This document shows positions 1 to 9,789 of a stretch of 64,000 bases of DNA, in pieces. The translations under genes and the position numbers were made by a program. Origin of the DNA: Myxococcales bacterium (GTDB lineage Bacteria > Myxococcota_A > Polyangia > Palsa-1104 > JAEUJZ01); NCBI GenBank assembly GCA_016794365.1, contig JAEUKB010000053.1, forward strand, positions 2,599-66,598. Reading direction: 5' to 3'. The notes beneath the pieces are model-generated. The model searched no databases. It had not been told where the DNA came from and saw only the letters and a list, made by a program, of their open reading frames with translations. Position 1 is the first letter of the stretch, and every line of letters starts with the position of its first letter.

Positions 1-1
1 G

Positions 2-2428
2 ACCGACGAAAAGGTCAATCTCCAGCGTGAAGTGGTCCGCAATGAGCGACGACAGTCCTACGAAAACCGTCCCTATGGCATGGCTGAGCTGCGCATCTCG
101 TCGGCGATGTATCCAGCCGGGCATCCCTATTCGTGGCCGGTCATTGGCTCGCACGAGGATCTCATCGCAGCCAGCACCAGCGACGTAAAGCAGTTCTTTT
201 ATAAGTTCTACACACCGTCGAATGCCACGCTGGCCATCGTCGGAGACTTCAATCCAGAAGAAGCCAAGCGGCTCATCCATACCTATTTCGGCTGGATGCC
301 CAAGCGTCCCAAGCCATCGTCGCCATCGCTGCAAACTGGCGTGCCGCAGATGGTGGTTCCCGTCGAGCAAAAGCTCACGATCGAAGATCAGGTGAAGCTG
401 CCGCGCGTCTATGTCTTATGGCATGCTCCAGCGACGGGAAGTCCCGAGTTTGGAGAAGCTGTCCTTTTGGGCGATGTGCTCGGCAAAGGCAAAGCCAGCC
501 GTCTTCACCGTCGGCTCGTCGTCGATTTGAAGCTGGCACAGTCCGTCGAAGTGGAAGTCGATCCCCAGCAGCTTGGATCGGTCCTGGGACTGACGGTGAC
601 GGCGCAGCAAGGTGTCACAGCAGAGCAGCTATCCCAAGCCGTGTCAGAAGAGCTGGCTGCGTTCGTCAGTACACCGCCGAGCCGCGACGAAATTCTGCGT
701 GCGCGCAACGTCCGTCTCGTCGAGCTGGCCCGAGAGCTAGAGACGCCGCTCGGTCAGTCGCTGTGGCTTCAGCAGCTTCATGCCTGGCTGGGCGATCAAA
801 ATGCGCTGCCACAGATCGTCGGAAAAATTCAGTCAGCGACGCCAGAAGCCCTCCTAAAGCGCGCGCAAGATCTGGGCATTGGCGATACCTATCGTCGCCT
901 GGAAATTCAGGTGGTGCCTCCGCAAGGATCAGCGACGGAAGCGAAAAAGCCCGCAGAGCCAGCCAAGACGCAGCCAAAGCCCGTCGCCAAGCCAGCGGGG
1001 AAGGCTCCGCCGCTTGGGGTGCCGATGCGTGCGCCGTTTGATCTGGCCAAAGCGCCGAAGCCGCTGCCGCTGAAAGCCCCGACGCCACCACCGAGCGCGC
1101 ACTTTCGCGTCCATGGCGTCGATGTCACGCTGGTGCAGCGCACGGGAACTCCGCTGATTGAAACGGCTGTGGCCATTCCCGTCGGAGAAGCAGACGCATT
1201 GCCCGCAAAGTCCGGCCTGGCCGATGCAGTGGCTGCGATGCTGAGCGAAGGCAGCGGACAGCGCACCGGAAGCGACTGGGCAGCGGCAATGCAAGCTGCG
1301 GGCGCAAGCTGGAAGACGCAAGTCTCGTCGGACACAACGCTGGTGACGATGGGCGTCTTGGCGCAGACCTATTCCGAGGCGGCTCCGCTGTTTTACGAAG
1401 CCCTGCTGCGACCGCGCTTTGATGCCACCGATTGGAACCGCGTCCGAGGAGAGCGCCTGGCCAGCCTCGAACAGAAGAACAATGAGCCCGCGCAAGTAGC
1501 CGATCGTGTGCTGCGCAGCGGTCTGTTTGGTTCGTCAGAGCCGTACGGTCGCTGGCCTCAAGGCTCGGCGGCGACGCTGCAAAAGCTGTCCGCGTCGGAT
1601 CTTCGCTCGTTTCATCAGAGCTTTTATCCGCCGCGCTCGTGGAAGATTGTCGTCGCGGGCGACTTCGAGCTAAATCAGTCCGTCGCTGACAGGCTGCTCG
1701 GTGCGCTGGGTAAGCTGCCGCTCAATCCGCCTTCGTCGCCGCTGGCTCGTCCGGTGCGCACGCCGCCCAAGCCGCAAAAAGGACTGATCTTGGTCGATCG
1801 TCCGGGCTCGCCTCAAGCGGAAGTGCGCGTCGCCAACTTGGTTCCGGGAGCGCTCGATCCCGAGCGTCCGGTGCTGGACATGGCGAACGTGCTGCTCGGC
1901 GGAATGTTCACCAGTCGGCTCAATCAAAACCTGCGCGAAAAGCACGGCTACACCTACGGAGCGCGCTCGCAGGTGATGCGGATGGACGGGCTGGGATATT
2001 GGGTGGCGCAAGCGGCGGTGCGCAGCGACGTGACCACCGAGTCCATTCTGGAGCTGCGCAGTGAAGAGCGACGGCTGCGCGACGAGCTGTGCTCTGCCGA
2101 GGAGCTTCAGAGTGCGAGAAACGGAGCGATGCAGCGTCTGGTGATGCAGAGCGAGCGCACGGCGGGGCTGGCACAGCTCTATGCCCAGTTTGCGCGCAAT
2201 CGCCTGCCCAGCGACGAGTTTGCCAGGCTGCTCGCCGGAGCCCAGAGTGCGACGCCCGCGCGCCTCAAAGAAGTCAGTCAAAGTCGTCTGCGTCCCGACG
2301 AAGCTACGATCGTCATCGTCGGAGACGTTCAAAAGCTGCTGCCCAAGCTGCCACAGTCGCTCGGAGTGTCCGAAGTGCAGCTCCGCGACGCAGACGGCAA
2401 CGTCATTCCGTCGAAGACCGCCCAGTAA
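2..2428 (+). CDS. M16-family (insulinase/pitrilysin-like) zinc peptidase, 5'-truncated at the window edge
   Basis: The reading frame is open from nt 2 (TDEKVNLQREVVRNERRQSYENRPYG...), so the gene starts upstream of the window. It has two M16-type halves (YTPSNATLAIVGDF and FYPPRSWKIVVAGDF blocks) joined by a Pro/Lys/Ala-rich linker. Confidence 0.85.
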   Translation, partial: TDEKVNLQREVVRNERRQSYENRPYGMAELRISSAMYPAGHPYSWPVIGSHEDLIAASTSDVKQFFYKFYTPSNATLAIVGDFNPEEAKRLIHTYFGWMPKRPKPSSPSLQTGVPQMVVPVEQKLTIEDQVKLPRVYVLWHAPATGSPEFGEAVLLGDVLGKGKASRLHRRLVVDLKLAQSVEVEVDPQQLGSVLGLTVTAQQGVTAEQLSQAVSEELAAFVSTPPSRDEILRARNVRLVELARELETPLGQSLWLQQLHAWLGDQNALPQIVGKIQSATPEALLKRAQDLGIGDTYRRLEIQVVPPQGSATEAKKPAEPAKTQPKPVAKPAGKAPPLGVPMRAPFDLAKAPKPLPLKAPTPPPSAHFRVHGVDVTLVQRTGTPLIETAVAIPVGEADALPAKSGLADAVAAMLSEGSGQRTGSDWAAAMQAAGASWKTQVSSDTTLVTMGVLAQTYSEAAPLFYEALLRPRFDATDWNRVRGERLASLEQKNNEPAQVADRVLRSGLFGSSEPYGRWPQGSAATLQKLSASDLRSFHQSFYPPRSWKIVVAGDFELNQSVADRLLGALGKLPLNPPSSPLARPVRTPPKPQKGLILVDRPGSPQAEVRVANLVPGALDPERPVLDMANVLLGGMFTSRLNQNLREKHGYTYGARSQVMRMDGLGYWVAQAAVRSDVTTESILELRSEERRLRDELCSAEELQSARNGAMQRLVMQSERTAGLAQLYAQFARNRLPSDEFARLLAGAQSATPARLKEVSQSRLRPDEATIVIVGDVQKLLPKLPQSLGVSEVQLRDADGNVIPSKTAQ

Positions 2429-2517
2429 AACGAAGCGACAAACTGGACAAATCCTGCAAATTCGCGGGGTTGCAGCTTGACGGACAGGGCCTTCAGGATG
2501 TAGCAAAGGATCCTACG

Positions 2518-2745
2518 GTGACGCTGTTCACCGAGGCCAATACCGACATGCCGCAAACCGAACCGAGTGAAGGCCCGCAATTTCAGCTTGCAGGTCAGTG
2601 GGTAGCCGTCGCACAGGTCGAAAAAGGCAAGGGCCAAGGTGGTCCGGTGCTGGTCGATTTCGATGCAGAGATCGATCAGCTCTGCCAGCGACTCGCAGCC
2701 AGCGGACGCAGCGGACTAACCATCTTCCGTTACCCCGCTTCCTGA
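2518..2745 (+). CDS. Possible small protein (75 aa), unknown function
   Basis: In-frame GTG at 2518 sits 7 nt after AAAGGA (2505-2510). The tail of track ORF 2089..2745 beyond the M16 stop reads as ordinary protein (QFQLAGQWVAVAQVEKGKGQGGPVLVDFDAEIDQLCQRL...) with G/C-rich third positions. No family recognised. Confidence 0.3.
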   Translation: MTLFTEANTDMPQTEPSEGPQFQLAGQWVAVAQVEKGKGQGGPVLVDFDAEIDQLCQRLAASGRSGLTIFRYPAS

Positions 2746-2780
2746 TTCATCCCAACATTCCTGGTTTGCGCAGCGACGAC

Positions 2781-3458
2781 TTACAGCGACAGCCTGATCT
2801 TGGCGATGGCTGCTAGATCGTCGATGACCTGTTCCAGCGAGCGATCGCTTGTATCAAACAGGACCGCATCATCCGCACACTTGAGCGGGGCCGTCGCACG
2901 AGTCAGATCGCGGCGATCGCGCTCTTCTTGCTCTCGACGCGTATCGCTCACATCGGCACGGACCCCGCGCGCTTCCAGCTCTTTTTGACGACGCTGAGCA
3001 CGCACTTCCGGCGACGCGGTCAAAAAGATCTTGAGCGGGGCATCCGGCAGCACCACCGTCCCGATGTCTCGGCCTTCGACGACGCACGGACCGCTACGCG
3101 AAAGCTGACGCTGAAGCTCAAGCAGCATCGCTCGAACCTCAGGATGCGCTGACACCTGCGACGCACCCAGCGAGACTTCCGGCGTCCGAATCGCAGTTGT
3201 AACGGTCTGCTCAGCCAGATAGACAGCGCCATCTTCGTCGCCTCGACCAAAGCGAATCGGAAGCTGCTCGGCCAGCGCACCCAGGCGCGGACCGTCGGCC
3301 CACGACACACCGTGCTGCTCGGCAAACAAGGCCAAGCTGCGGTAAATCGCGCCGGTATCGAGTAGGAAAAACCCAAGTCGCCGGGCCAGCGCACGCGCAA
3401 CAGTTGACTTTCCGGCCCCAGCGGGTCCGTCGATCGCGATGACGGGAAAAGGAAGCAT
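2781..3458 (-). CDS. cmk: Cytidylate kinase
   Basis: MLPFPVIAIDGPAGAGKSTVARALARRLGFFLLDTGAIYRS is the classic Cmk N-terminus with a P-loop. Start trimmed to the ATG at 3458; the 93-codon upstream extension of the track ORF overlaps the neighbouring gene and is Arg/Cys-rich. Confidence 0.9.
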   Translation of the reverse strand: MLPFPVIAIDGPAGAGKSTVARALARRLGFFLLDTGAIYRSLALFAEQHGVSWADGPRLGALAEQLPIRFGRGDEDGAVYLAEQTVTTAIRTPEVSLGASQVSAHPEVRAMLLELQRQLSRSGPCVVEGRDIGTVVLPDAPLKIFLTASPEVRAQRRQKELEARGVRADVSDTRREQEERDRRDLTRATAPLKCADDAVLFDTSDRSLEQVIDDLAAIAKIRLSL

Positions 3459-3499
3459 CGGTTGGTTCTCGCTATGACTAAAAAGAGTGTCTGGCGCGA

Positions 3500-4549
3500 T
3501 CACTGACGAACCAGCACCGTTCCTTGGGCTCCGACGGCATACAGTGGCTGGCTGGATGACACAGCGCTCAGCGTCGCTGTGGTTCCACTGTCTTCGACGG
3601 TCCACGCTTTGGATGCACCGTCTCGTCGCAGGATGCTGCCCAAAGAGCCCACCACCGTCACATCGCGTCCGCTCACCCCGAGCGAGAGGAAGTGAACCGT
3701 TTGGCCGCTCTGCGCAAGTGCCGTTTCCCGACGCCATTTATCGGAATCTCGACGCAGGAATCGGCTGTATTCTCCCGCAACGAACAGCGCATCACTCGTC
3801 GAAACCACGCCATAGAAGTTGCCGCGATCGGCAGCATCGACGGAGACGCTGTCCGGGCTCCACTTGCCAGCGCTGCGTCGGGCAATGACACCACCTAATC
3901 CGACGGCGAATAGCTCGTCTCCCGTCGCAGTAGAGATCGCACGAAAATCAGCGGTGCTCAGCGCTGGATCGACGGAGTCTTTGACCCACGCGCCGCCCAT
4001 TGGCTTATGCAGAATGACCCCGGTGTCGCCGACGGCATAGAGATCGCCGGAGCTGGTTGCAGTGATGGCAAATAGCGACGACGCAAGTCCAAGATCTTTG
4101 CCTTCTTGCAGCCACTTATCGACGGAACGCTTGACGATTACACCGGCTTCTCCGACGGCATAAAAGTCGCTACCGACGCTGACTGCGCCGTAGAAGTTGC
4201 CGCTGATCGTCTTGGTGCCATCGACAGCGGGCTCGCTGACCCAGCCGGTGCCGCTGCGACGCAAGATCGTACCTTGATGTCCGATCGCGAAGACTTGGCT
4301 GCCAGAAGTGACGATGGCGCGGAGCGTCTGACCGCTGCGGACGCTCTGATCGGGCAGCCAGCGCAAGCGACCTGCGTCGGGCTGTGTCCCAAGATCCAGC
4401 TTGCTCGTTGACAGATCGACAATGCCCGACGGCTTAAAGTCGGGAACCGTGATCTCTGGGTCGGGCAGACAAGCCGCCAGCGCGAGCGGCGAAACCACGG
4501 CCAGAAGCGAAGCGCAGCGACGGAAAGTGCGACAAAGTGAGCGCAGCAT
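3500..4549 (-). CDS. Beta-propeller repeat lipoprotein (Ycf48/BNR-like fold inferred), unknown function
   Basis: Lipobox LALAAC follows MLRSLCRTFRRCASLLAVV. There are about seven repeats of the type (F/L)(Y/F)AVGxxGx(I/V)(L/V)xR (FAIGHQGTILRR, FYAVGEAGVIVKR, LYAVGDTGVILHK, LFAVGLGGVIARR, VTVVGSLGSILRR, LYAVGAQGTVLVR). Confidence 0.8.
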   Translation of the reverse strand: MLRSLCRTFRRCASLLAVVSPLALAACLPDPEITVPDFKPSGIVDLSTSKLDLGTQPDAGRLRWLPDQSVRSGQTLRAIVTSGSQVFAIGHQGTILRRSGTGWVSEPAVDGTKTISGNFYGAVSVGSDFYAVGEAGVIVKRSVDKWLQEGKDLGLASSLFAITATSSGDLYAVGDTGVILHKPMGGAWVKDSVDPALSTADFRAISTATGDELFAVGLGGVIARRSAGKWSPDSVSVDAADRGNFYGVVSTSDALFVAGEYSRFLRRDSDKWRRETALAQSGQTVHFLSLGVSGRDVTVVGSLGSILRRDGASKAWTVEDSGTTATLSAVSSSQPLYAVGAQGTVLVRQ

Positions 4550-4639
4550 GTGGGGCCAAACTTTTCGTGACAGACCGAGGATTGTCAAGTCACAAACCCG
4601 CAGCCATGGCCGCAATCAAACCCGTAGCAAAGGCCGCAA

Positions 4640-6877
4640 ATGACCGCGCTGGCGTCGTCGTTGACCCTCTCTGCGAAGGCGTGTATCAAAGGCGATATGC
4701 TGACGCAGCTTTTGCAAAGCCTGGGACACAGTCCGCTGCTGCTCTTTTTGGCGCAGGCTGTGGTCATCATCGGCTTGGCGCGCGGACTTGGGCTGCTCGT
4801 GCGCTACATCGGGCTGCCGATGGTGATTTCCGAGATCCTGACCGGCATCCTGTTGGGTCCGTCGCTGCTCGGCTGGCTGCTGCCCAGTGTGTCGTCGGCG
4901 CTGTTTCCCAAGTCGTCGCTCGGACTGATTCAGCTCTTTGCGCAGACTGGGCTCGTGCTGTTTATGTTTCTCGTCGGACTGGAGCTAGACACCAAGATGG
5001 TGAAGCGGCACGGTCGGATGTCGCTGTGGGTGAGCCTCGCGGGGATCGTCGTTCCGTTTGCGATTGGTGGAGCCGCAGCGTCGATGCTGTACGAAAAGCT
5101 GTCGAGTCCCGACGTGCGTCCGCTGTCGTTTGCGCTGTTTTTGGGGACCGCGCTGTCGATCACCGCGTTTCCGGTGCTCGCACGGATCTTGTCAGCGACG
5201 GGAATGCTGCACTCCAAAGTGGGAACTGTGGCGCTGACGAGTGCGGCGATAAACGACGTGCTGGCCTGGTGTCTGCTCGCGTTTGTGGTGGCGACGGCCA
5301 AGTCTCACAGCCTGGCGCAGTCCGTGCTTCCGACGCTGCTTACGATCTTGTACGTCGCGGTGATGTGGTTTGTGGTCAGGCCATTTCTGCGACGACTCGG
5401 ACAGCGCGGTTCCAGTCGGGAAGGGCTCTCGCAGAACCTGGTCGCGGTGGTGTTTCTGCTGCTGTTTTTGTCGAGCTTTGCGACGGAGCTGATCGGGATT
5501 CATGCGCTGTTTGGCGCGTTCGTGTTCGGCGTGCTGCTGCCCAAAGAGAGCAGCTTTGCGACGGCGCTGGCCGATCGACTGGAAGACTTCGCGGTGGTGT
5601 TTTTGCTGCCGCTGTTCTTTGCCTATTCGGGGCTGCGGACGCAGGTGGGACTGCTCAACCAAGCCAGCATGTGGGGACTGTTTGCGACGCTGCTGTCTCT
5701 GCTGCTCATCGGGAAGTTTGGTACTTGCTCGCTGGCTGCACGCGCTTCCGGCATGTCGTGGCGAGAGTCCGCCGCCGTCGGGGTCATGATGAACACCCAA
5801 GGTCTGATGGAGCTGGTCGTGCTCAACATCGGGCTCGATATGGGTGTGATCTCACCGACGATGTTTACGATCATGGTGCTGGTTGCGCTGGTTTCGACGG
5901 TATCGACCGCGCCGCTGTTGCGCTTGATCTATCCCGATCGGTTCGTCGCCGCAGAGTCCACAAAAGATCCGCAAGGTCCGCTCGATGCGCTCTGTCTGCT
6001 GCTGTGTGTGTCGTATCCAGCGACGGTGCCGGGCATGCTGAAGCTCACGCGAGCGCTGCTTGGACAAGGTGCGCAGCGAAGCCGAATCTATGCGCTCAAG
6101 CTTCAGCGAGTGACGGAGCGCTCTTCGTTTTATGTCGCCGATGCCCAAGCACCGCAGTCGGAAGCCGACGCGCTGCGTCCGATCATCAAGCTCGCCGAGG
6201 AGTCGCAGCTTCCCGTCCGTCCGATCTCGTTTGTGTCGCACCACCTGGCCCGCGACATCGCCAACGTGTCCGAGGTCAAAGGTGCCGATCTGGTTCTGCT
6301 GGGCTGGCATCGTCCGCTCGTCAGTCGCGCCGCGCTGTCTGGAACCGTTGGTGGGGTGCTGGAAGAAGCGCGCGCCGATGTCGGAGTGCTCGTCGATCGC
6401 GGACTCGAAGCGCTTCAGCGTGTGCTCGTGCCGATTCATGGAACCGCTCACGATCAAGTCGCGCTGCGCGTTGCGCGTCGGCTGCTTGAACAGTCCGGCG
6501 TCGCGGTCACGGTGCTGCGCGTCGTCGATCCAGCCGGTTCCGCATCCCCAGCATCCGCCGAAGCCACGCTCCACGCTGCGCTCGCCGACACCTACAGCCG
6601 CGTCACCGTCGATGTTGCGACAGCCAGCGAGCCCACCGAAGCCGTGCTCTCTGCGCTGCGACAAGCCACGCATCCCTACGACTTGGTCTTGGTTGGAATT
6701 GGCCGTGAGTGGGGACTCGAAGCCAGGCAGTTTGGCATCCAACAGGAATATCTCATCCGCGCATGTCCAACCTCGCTGCTGATCTTACGAGGCTACGATC
6801 CAAGCGTTCATGGCGCCAAAGCGACGCCGTCCACCCAATCTGCGCTCAGTGCTGGAAGCCAGCGCAGCCCGTCGTAG
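4640..6877 (+). CDS. Monovalent cation:proton antiporter (CPA2/Kef-type Na+/H+ exchanger family) with a C-terminal tandem USP-like domain
   Basis: N-terminal polytopic region with LPMVISEILTGILLGPSLLGW and about 12 hydrophobic helices. The soluble C-terminus carries two universal-stress-like halves (RVLVPIHGTAHDQVALRVARRLL...). The true start may be the internal ATG at 4697 (MLTQLLQ...). Confidence 0.85.
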   Translation: MTALASSLTLSAKACIKGDMLTQLLQSLGHSPLLLFLAQAVVIIGLARGLGLLVRYIGLPMVISEILTGILLGPSLLGWLLPSVSSALFPKSSLGLIQLFAQTGLVLFMFLVGLELDTKMVKRHGRMSLWVSLAGIVVPFAIGGAAASMLYEKLSSPDVRPLSFALFLGTALSITAFPVLARILSATGMLHSKVGTVALTSAAINDVLAWCLLAFVVATAKSHSLAQSVLPTLLTILYVAVMWFVVRPFLRRLGQRGSSREGLSQNLVAVVFLLLFLSSFATELIGIHALFGAFVFGVLLPKESSFATALADRLEDFAVVFLLPLFFAYSGLRTQVGLLNQASMWGLFATLLSLLLIGKFGTCSLAARASGMSWRESAAVGVMMNTQGLMELVVLNIGLDMGVISPTMFTIMVLVALVSTVSTAPLLRLIYPDRFVAAESTKDPQGPLDALCLLLCVSYPATVPGMLKLTRALLGQGAQRSRIYALKLQRVTERSSFYVADAQAPQSEADALRPIIKLAEESQLPVRPISFVSHHLARDIANVSEVKGADLVLLGWHRPLVSRAALSGTVGGVLEEARADVGVLVDRGLEALQRVLVPIHGTAHDQVALRVARRLLEQSGVAVTVLRVVDPAGSASPASAEATLHAALADTYSRVTVDVATASEPTEAVLSALRQATHPYDLVLVGIGREWGLEARQFGIQQEYLIRACPTSLLILRGYDPSVHGAKATPSTQSALSAGSQRSPS

Positions 6878-7036
6878 CGTCCGTGCTCTATCTTCGCAGC
6901 GCAACTTCTGATAGATGCCCAAGCAGCGAAGTACGATTCCCGAACCGAACACCTGAGCCGACTCGATTTCGATGGCTCTCCTCGAAACAGTCAAGATAAG
7001 AATCCTTTCAAAGTCCTAATAAAGGAGACCCAAGTC

Positions 7037-8299
7037 ATGGCAACCAAGCAGTTCTCTTACGATGTCATCGTGGCGGGCGGAGGACCGGCGGGCTCGACGA
7101 CAGCAAGCTTCCTGCGCAAGCAAGGACGATCGGTGCTGGTGCTGGAAAAAGAGCGCTTTCCTCGGTTTCACCTGGGAGAATCGCTTTTGCCTTGTGGCGG
7201 CGAGGTCTGGGACGAGCTGGGTGTCTCCGACGAGATGAAGCGACGCTACATCCACAAGCCGGGCGCGCGCTTTATTCACAGCGAGTCGGGACTGACCCAG
7301 ACCTATTACTTTTCCGAAGCGATTCGTCCCGATCATCCGTTCGCGTACGAAGTGCAGCGTGCCGACTTTGACAACCTGCTGCTGCGTCGCAGTGAAGAGC
7401 TGGGCGCGGTGGTTCGCGAAGAGACTGCCGTCCGCGATGTCCAGTTCGATGATCACGGTGTCGATGTCACGATTCGCAGCTCCGATGGATCAACCGAAGT
7501 GGTGCGCAGCCAGGTCTTTGTCGATGCCACCGGACGCGATACCTTCCTTGGCACTCGCTTTGGCTTGAAAGTCTCGGACGAGCTGGTCACCACCAACCTC
7601 GCATGCTTTACCCACTACGAGCACTGCGTTCGTCAGACCGGCGCGGATGAAGGCAACATCACCATCGTGCTGTTCGACGGCGGCTGGTGGTGGTTTATCC
7701 CGTTTAAGGGAACCGTCACATCGGTCGGCTGCACGCTGCAAAAAGAGTTCACGCTGTCGCGCAAAGGACTCACAGCCGAGCAGATGTTTATGGCCGCGCT
7801 CGAAGCAACGCCCGCGATGCAAGAGTTGCTGCAAGGAGCCACGCGCGTCCGTCCGGTCGATACCACCGGCAACTGGTCCTATCGCTGCAAGCAGTTCTAC
7901 GGCGATCGCTTCCTGCTTGTGGGTGACTCCGCTGCGTTCATCGATCCGCTGTTTTCCACTGGCGTGCTGATGGCCGTGACGTGCGGAAAGTACGCAGCCA
8001 GAGCGATTCACGAAGCCCTGCTGGCCGGAGACTGTTCCGCCGAGCGCTTCGCCAGCTATCAGCAGCAAGCCCTGCAAGGTGCGGATCTGTTCAAGGGCCT
8101 GGTTCACGAGTTTTACGCACGCAACCTACGGCCTCTGCTGGTTCGCTCTGCGGCGCACCCTTCGACGTGCGCGGCCATCACCAGTGCGCTCGCTGGCGAT
8201 GTCTACCGTCCCGCGATGTGGCAAGGACTGTTTCGGGAAGGCTTTAGCGAGCGCGCCGTCGATTCCTACGGAACCCAGCGCTCCTCGATGGAAAGCTAG
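7037..8299 (+). CDS. FAD-dependent oxidoreductase, flavin-dependent halogenase-like
   Basis: Dinucleotide fold YDVIVAGGGPAGSTTA, FPRFHLGESLLP, HKPGARF and the WxWxIP-type motif GGWWWFIPF. RBS AAAGGAG precedes the ATG at 7037. Confidence 0.8.
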   Translation: MATKQFSYDVIVAGGGPAGSTTASFLRKQGRSVLVLEKERFPRFHLGESLLPCGGEVWDELGVSDEMKRRYIHKPGARFIHSESGLTQTYYFSEAIRPDHPFAYEVQRADFDNLLLRRSEELGAVVREETAVRDVQFDDHGVDVTIRSSDGSTEVVRSQVFVDATGRDTFLGTRFGLKVSDELVTTNLACFTHYEHCVRQTGADEGNITIVLFDGGWWWFIPFKGTVTSVGCTLQKEFTLSRKGLTAEQMFMAALEATPAMQELLQGATRVRPVDTTGNWSYRCKQFYGDRFLLVGDSAAFIDPLFSTGVLMAVTCGKYAARAIHEALLAGDCSAERFASYQQQALQGADLFKGLVHEFYARNLRPLLVRSAAHPSTCAAITSALAGDVYRPAMWQGLFREGFSERAVDSYGTQRSSMES

Positions 8300-8304
8300 A
8301 CGAC

Positions 8305-9324
8305 ATGACGATCCTGGCTGGAGACTTGGGGGGAACCAAGACGCTGCTCGCTCTCTGTGACGATGACGGACAGCGCTTGGTCAGCCAGCGCTTCGCCAGC
8401 GCTGCGTATCCAGACTTTGAGTCACTTGTCGCGGAGTTTTTGGCCGCGCACTCGTCCTATCCATCGCCGCGTCGCTTTGCGCTCGGGGTTGCCGGTCCGG
8501 TGATCGATGTCGGATCGCACCAAACCTGCGACATCACCAACCTGCCCTATCGCGTAAGCGGAGCCGCGCTCGCCCAGCGCTTTGGCTTTGCGTCCGTGCG
8601 ACTGATCAATGACTTCTACGCGGTCGCGCTGGCGATTGCGCAGGTGGCCCAAGGAACGTCGCTGCCTGGACTTACGCTGACTCCGCTCAACCCTGCGGCC
8701 CAGCCGATTCCCCGCGCGCCGATTGCGGTGCTTGGGGCTGGAACGGGGCTCGGCGAAGCGCTGATTGCCTTTCATGGCGATCAGCCCGTCATCCTTCCGA
8801 CCGAAGGCGGCCACAGTGACTTTGCTCCCCACGATGAAGAGGAGCTGGCCCTGTGGCGCTTTCTGTCCCAGCGCTTTCCCGATCACATAAGCCAAGAGCG
8901 CGTGGTCTGTGGACCGGGCATCGTCACCCTGTACGAGTTCTTCTGTCAGCAAGCCCAAGCGCCGCACAGTCCGCAGATCCAAGCAGAGATCGCGCGCGCA
9001 AGTGATCCGGCCCAGGTGATCTCCGCGCATGCGATGCACAAGTCCGATCCACTGTGTCAGCGCGTGATGCAGCGCTTTGTGATGCTCTACGGAGCCGAAG
9101 CAGGAAACCTGGCGCTCAAGTCGCTGGCACGCGGAGGCGTATATCTAGCCGGAGGCATTGCCGCCAAGATCCTGCCGCTGCTCACAGACGGTCTGTTTCT
9201 GTCGCACTTTGCCAACAAGGGTCGCTTTGCTGCGCTGCTGCGATCGATTCCTGTGTACGTCGTAGACTGCGCTGAAATCGGTCTGTTCGGTGCGATGGCG
9301 TGCGCGCGACAGCTTCCGCTGTAA
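8305..9324 (+). CDS. glk: Glucokinase
   Basis: ILAGDLGGTKTLLAL ATP-binding N-terminus, VLGAGTGLGEA, EGGHSDFAP and GGVYLAGGIAAKI blocks typical of bacterial Glk. Confidence 0.85.
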   Translation: MTILAGDLGGTKTLLALCDDDGQRLVSQRFASAAYPDFESLVAEFLAAHSSYPSPRRFALGVAGPVIDVGSHQTCDITNLPYRVSGAALAQRFGFASVRLINDFYAVALAIAQVAQGTSLPGLTLTPLNPAAQPIPRAPIAVLGAGTGLGEALIAFHGDQPVILPTEGGHSDFAPHDEEELALWRFLSQRFPDHISQERVVCGPGIVTLYEFFCQQAQAPHSPQIQAEIARASDPAQVISAHAMHKSDPLCQRVMQRFVMLYGAEAGNLALKSLARGGVYLAGGIAAKILPLLTDGLFLSHFANKGRFAALLRSIPVYVVDCAEIGLFGAMACARQLPL

Positions 9325-9349
9325 CGGTGCGCAAAGGACAAAGAAGATC

Positions 9350-9766
9350 ATGTCAAACAACACGGTGCGAACCCTGGGTGCAGCGCTGGTCATGATGTGC
9401 AGCGCACCAGGCTGTCAAAAGACCACCCAGCTACCACCCATCGAAGCGGCGCCTTTGGTGTCTGCTGAAGCCAAAGCCGCCGGGGCCACGCTCTACTCCG
9501 AGCTGTGCGTACGCTGTCACGGCGTGTCCGGCTGGGGCGATGGTCCCGAAGCGCTCGCCAGTCGCAAGGTCAGAGTCCAAGACCTCGGCGATCCGGTGTG
9601 GCAGTCGAACGTGTCCAACGATCGCTTGCGCGCCGTCATCTTGCGCGGCGGTCCCGGTGTCCGCAAGAGCCCGGTCATGCCCGCCTTCCCCCAGCTTGCC
9701 AAAAACAAAGACGAGCTAGACGGCCTGGTTGCCTACGTTCGATCGCTGTCTCGCAGCGTGCAGTAA
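9350..9766 (+). CDS. Monohaem c-type cytochrome, lipoprotein
   Basis: Signal/lipobox LVMMCSAPGC, haem-binding CVRCHG, and a distal Met in SPVMPAF. Start moved to the ATG at 9350 (MSNNTVRTLGAALV). Confidence 0.8.
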   Translation: MSNNTVRTLGAALVMMCSAPGCQKTTQLPPIEAAPLVSAEAKAAGATLYSELCVRCHGVSGWGDGPEALASRKVRVQDLGDPVWQSNVSNDRLRAVILRGGPGVRKSPVMPAFPQLAKNKDELDGLVAYVRSLSRSVQ

Positions 9767-9789
9767 GCGTTGTGTGCTAGAACGATCGC

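Noticed and set aside
3459-3737. N-terminal extensions offered by the ORF track for cmk (to 3737), punA (from 22247), gdh (to 41966), the multicopper oxidase (to 37741) and several lipoproteins
   Set aside because: The extensions overlap neighbouring genes or lack coding character. Internal ATGs coincide with canonical family N-termini, signal peptides or lipoboxes, and visible RBSs.
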